A stretch of DNA of 64,000 nt, from positions 11,098,001-11,162,000 of the forward strand of contig JBHGNT010000021.1 in the NCBI GenBank assembly GCA_043228905.1, written 5' to 3'. Every line of letters starts with the position of its first letter. The stretch's first letter is position 1. The stretch is from Azolla caroliniana. Its lineage: Eukaryota > Plantae > Polypodiophyta. The translations under genes were made by a program, and so were the position numbers. Positions 59,244 through 64,000 of this stretch are shown in pieces. A model generated the notes under the pieces. It was given only the letters and a program-made list of their open reading frames with translations, was not told the DNA's origin and did not search any database.

Positions 59244-62200
59244 TGTCGTAAAGGGATATGACCGATTGGTGCCACCACGATTCCACACTTGCCTCAACTA
59301 CAACCACGCATCTTGACTTGGTTCGGTGACCCAACACTCCTTGGAGATCCACCTGATTCGACTCATTGGAGTTGATTTACATCCTAGACTCAAAGTTCTT
59401 TAGTATTATTGTTCTTAGGGATTATATGCATTATTTTGGAACAAATGTTGTGTAGTCAAAACCATGTAATGTATTTCATGTGCACCATATAACGCACATG
59501 CAAAGTTTCTCTAAATGTGTGCCACATGGCCCACATGCTTTATATTGCGCACATGCACAAGCTTCTCTAGGTGTGTGCCACGTTGCCTACATGTAATGAC
59601 ATCAATTTAGTAAAAGAGGGGAGGATTATTGTCAGGGATGGGGGGAAAAAAGAAACAATCAAAGAGTCCTATTTTGTAAAGGGTTTTTCTCTCGAAGAAA
59701 TAGTGAATTTCCTATGTTGGCATTTCTTCTTAGTGTGTGTTTGTGGAGTAGCGCTGTACGATATTTTTTCATAACTCTCAATTCTGACGTCTATTTTCGA
59801 CGTTCTATAGCTCGTTGGAAAGCTCTTCTAGAGGGCTTTCCAATCTATGTTTGCACACTTAATTTGGTTACGTCAATGGAACAATATAAGGTTTTTTGTC
59901 TTCACGAGTAGGGCTGCAAACCACTTGTGACTATTGAGATAGTTCCGGCTCGACTTCCCACTCTTCTCTTTCATCTTCTTATTTCTACTCTCCTGGTTCA
60001 GAACTCCAGCGGTTCCGTCCGGACACACCAAGCTCTTATACGCAACGTGCTTCGACACGACATGTGGTGAACCCGACGTGAACACGGGTGGCAAGGAGAG
60101 TGAGTTCTTTGGGATTTTACCTCTTCGAACATGGATGCAACACAACTTCAATAAATTCTAGAAGTTGTTCTCACAGGGAGGGAGAGGAGTCCGAACCTAG
60201 ATCGAGCTGTGGATGGGGTATTAGAGAAGTTAGGTCCATTCATTGGAAAGGATGTGACCCGATTTTTGCAAGTGTTCGATGTGGAGATGTTAAATCGCAA
60301 TATTCCTGTTGATTTGAAGAAATCCAACTTCCATCGTGTGGTAGCTACTGATGTTCTTCCTATCATAGAAGAGCTTCAAACGCAAGATGTTGAATGGGAG
60401 GCATTCTATTGTGATTTTCTCGGTATTTTTAATTATGCTGATTCCACCAAGATGACTCGGCGGGCATTTGAAACTTGGGTGGACTTGGACAAGAAGCATG
60501 GGTCAGTTCTAGAGACCCTTACTGATTTTGAAGCGAAGTTCCGACAACTCTCAGTTCGGGATGCAAAAGAACCTCATATTCTACAAGGATCGGTTGAACC
60601 ACTCATCCGTGACTCGTCAACGACTAAAGACAAATTTTGGGCGAGGAGGAATGAAAAAGCTCTTGGAGGAAGAAGAGCTTCAACATGCACAAGCTATTTT
60701 CCATTCTACTTCGGCTTCTATTTGACTAATTGAATTGCCCAAGCAAGATCCAACTATTCAAACTATTCTTATTGAAGATGGTTGTCAAAGGACTGGTTGG
60801 AGTGATCCAAAATTTCCCACAAATTATGATGTGATGGTAGAGGAGAAGAGGAGAAGAGAGGAAGAGTTGGATTGTGAACGAGTTCTAAATAGGGCTGATT
60901 TTCGTTCTCCATCCAAAAAGCAAAATTTGGACATGCAAAAGGCTGAATCAAACCCTGTACAAGTATCCAAGAGGTCATCTCCAACATTTCGGATGTGGAC
61001 TGAACTGGAACAAGAGGTATATGCTTTCTCTTTCATTGAAAATTATGTTCTAAAGCAACATGTCTCGGTTCCATTATGAGTCTTGTTGGCAATCTCCAGA
61101 AAGGAAGTTCAGGATGATTTATTGGAGAAGATGCGAAGAAAGTGAATTCCGGTTGATACAACAATGACTGCAAAGGAGGCTGGATGGAAAGAAGGATCTA
61201 CACAAGTGTTGAAGCATGAAGATAATATTCCGAGGATCACTGGGTTCGGGCAACTACAAAAACGAAAGTACGACTTGGTGGTTTATCGGAGGCAGTCATG
61301 GCTCTGATTGATAGTGGCTCGGAGATAAACCTCATGTCCTTGGAGATTTACAAGCAAGGAGGGTGGCCAATGACTTCTGATCACCATTGGAGGATTCGGG
61401 CGACAATACAATCATTAGAGGAGTTATCTGGAGCTTGCCCAAATGTGGAGGTGTCAATCGGTGGTGTTACTATGCCTCAACATTTCTTTATTTAGGATTT
61501 AGCCACATATCCAATTATATTGGGGCAACCCTTTATGGTTGCTGTCCGCATGGAGGCCAAGGTATTGGATGATGGATCGGCCTATGCTCAGATCAAAGAT
61601 ATGGATGGTGGAAGGATAGTACAATTTCAGACTGTTCGACCTAATCATGAAAGAAACAAGGATAGTTTACATTTATCCTTTGATTGGGAGTTTTAGATAG
61701 GACTATTGTAAAACATGGCTATAATAATCCGGGACAACAAAAGTCCCTGTATGAGAATAATTGTTCCGGAAATAATAAAGTTTATGTTTCTTATATCGGA
61801 GTAATCTCATTTTCTTCTATTGATGATTTAAATCGTAAAAGCTAGGTAAATCTGGAAGACATTCGGGTGATGCTTCTTAAACATCGGATTTTGGAACTAG
61901 ATGATCAAGTGTCAGGAATTATGGAGGAACTTTGCTTTGTGGATACCATTGGAGAGTTGGAAAATTCTTTGTATTCAAATGAAGGTTAGTCATTTTTTAT
62001 TCTGGCCAATTTAGTGGATATGTATGCTGAAATTGCAACATTTCAAAATCGATGGATATGGTTGCTCGTGTCCATACTAAATATAAGATAGTGGATCAGA
62101 AAGTTCGACCTGTAGCGGAACCATTGCTAGCTGATAGCATAGATCGGCTAAAAAGGGTGAAGGAAGAACCAATGTTACGGGATCCGAGGATGATTGGTCA

Positions 62201-64000
62201 TGTGTTTACGGAGTCTTCGTAAGGGAAGCTTCAGATAGGAGGGGGTGATTTCCTTAATCAAGCTGAAGAAAGCCAATTTCGAAAGATGTTATCTCAACAT
62301 GGTAAGGATTTTTCTTTTTCACCTTCAGAGATAGGTTGTGTGGACCCACAACTGGTGGAGCCAATGATTATCTTTACTGTCCCTCATATGCCTTGGAACT
62401 TGAAACCAATTCCTGTTCCAAGAGTTCATATTCCGAAACTCATTGAGTTGCTAAAAGAGAAGGTGCAGATGGGTATCTTGGAACCTTTGAATGCTCCATA
62501 TTCTAACCGGTGGTTTACAATGCCAAAAAAGAACGGATCTCTTAGGTTCATTCAAGATCTCCAACCAGTTAACAAAGTAACGATTCAGAATTCAGGAGTT
62601 GGTCCCGTCGTGGATTCCTTTGTAGAATCTTTTGCAGGTAGAGCTATCTAATCCATGGCTGATTTGTATTCCAGATATGATCAATTTCAGCTTGCTTTGG
62701 ATAGTAGGGATATTATTACAATGCGTACACCTATTGGGCTGGTTCGAAAGTGTAGTTTACCAAAAGTCACAACTAATTTTGTCACTCATATGATGAACAC
62801 AATGAATAAGGTGCTCAGGGATCACATTCCTCATCGAACAATGCCTTTCTTGGATGACATTCCAATTAAAGGATGTCTAGAAGAGGAGAAGGATGAAGAA
62901 GTTGGGTTGGATGGATGTCGGAAATTCGTCTCAGATCATATAGCAGATTATGAAGACATATTGAAGAATTTAGAGGCACATTTGACAATTTCTGGAGAAA
63001 AATCAAGTTTTGGTAGATCTGAAGTACGGATTGTGGGACATTTGTGTGGCCCCTATGATCGGAAACCTGATCTAGCCAAGGTGGATGACATCAATGCAAT
63101 GGAGGATATCTGCAAGTCAACATCACAAGTAAGACGGTTTTTAGGTGCATGGGTTTTTTTATCATATTTGGATTCCACATTTTGCACATATTGCTGATCC
63201 CTTATATAAGTTATTACGGAAAGGAAAAAGGTTTATATGGGAGGAGGAGCATACATTGGCCATGAAGAAGATTAAGATACTTTTGTCATCTGCACCAGCC
63301 TTGCGACAACCTATATATGAGCAAGGTCGACCTATCTTTGTGACTGTAGATGCAATTCCGATTGGAATTGGATGGGTTATTAATGAAGAGGATGAAACTA
63401 GAGATCAATATGCTATTCGGTTTGGAGCAAAGATTTTACATGATCAACAAAGAAGGTATGCTCAAATAAAGAGAGAGTTGTGGGGCATAGTTTCTGCGAT
63501 TAAAGCAAACAATGATTATTTGATTGGATTGGAAGTGGTTATAGAGACGGATTGTTTGTAGATCATTGGAATGTTTTCAGGATGCTCTTCTACAGATATA
63601 TCCATGCTGAGATGGATTGCCTATATTAAAACATTTAACCCAGAGATCCGACACATTACAGGGAAAACCAATGTTATGGATGATATGTTGTCCCAAGCAC
63701 GGACTATTCTAGAACCATCTTCTCTGGAGGAAGAGGATGATTTTGATAATGGATTCTTTTGTAATGAGATTGGTTTGCAGGTGCCTGAATTTAGAGAGGA
63801 GGAATATGAAGGAGAGCTATTGCAAATCGGGAAATTCCTACAAGCACAAGAAGGAAGCCCTGATTGGACACCAAAGGATTTTCGCTATTCAGGAAGAAGG
63901 CTTATAGGTTTCTCTTGAAGGATGGATATCTTTGGAGATTTGCAAAGAAAGTTAAGGATCCTCCAACTTGAGCTATCGGTTTACAGGTTCAGAAAGATAA
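59244..64000 (+). mobile_element. tRNA-Trp-primed Gypsy (autonomous type, decayed): LTR 59244-60062, PBS 60065-60082, gag, PR, RT, RNase H; runs off the window
   Basis: TGTCGT...ACGACA LTR; ALIDSGSEINLMS protease; PKKNGSLRFIQDLQPVN and PFLDDI RT; VTVDA and IETDC RNase H. Confidence 0.92.

Overview
Eukaryotic nuclear DNA, most likely from a seed-free land plant (inferred from the divergent fern-like ycf1 NUPT and from Tcn1-like and tRNA-Trp-primed Gypsy elements). About 80% of the window is nested LTR retrotransposons. These comprise an Athila/OTA-like Gypsy with a 959-aa extra ORF (1-9471), several tRNA-iMet Copia copies (one full-length, 10099-19114), tRNA-Trp-primed Gypsy elements and LTRs with 4-bp target sites, Tcn1-like chromovirus relics and a Tork-like Copia relic. 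LINE remnants, a mosaic plastid insertion (petB 5'/psbH/ycf1) and an unexplained palindrome-array element carrying RING-like exons are also present. There is one apparently intact host gene, a two-exon cation/Ca2+ exchanger (CCX, 40661-47208), with a partial 3' duplicate upstream. The three most notable signals: (1) the Athila-like element has no polypurine tract next to its 3' LTR and carries a second, oppositely oriented tRNA-Arg primer-binding-like site there; (2) all five insertion junctions of the TGTCGT-LTR (tRNA-Trp) family read NCGT, suggesting CpG-centred target specificity; (3) two of those LTR types contain an antisense tRNA-like Pol III A/B-box module. Family and tRNA assignments come from recalled motifs, not database searches.
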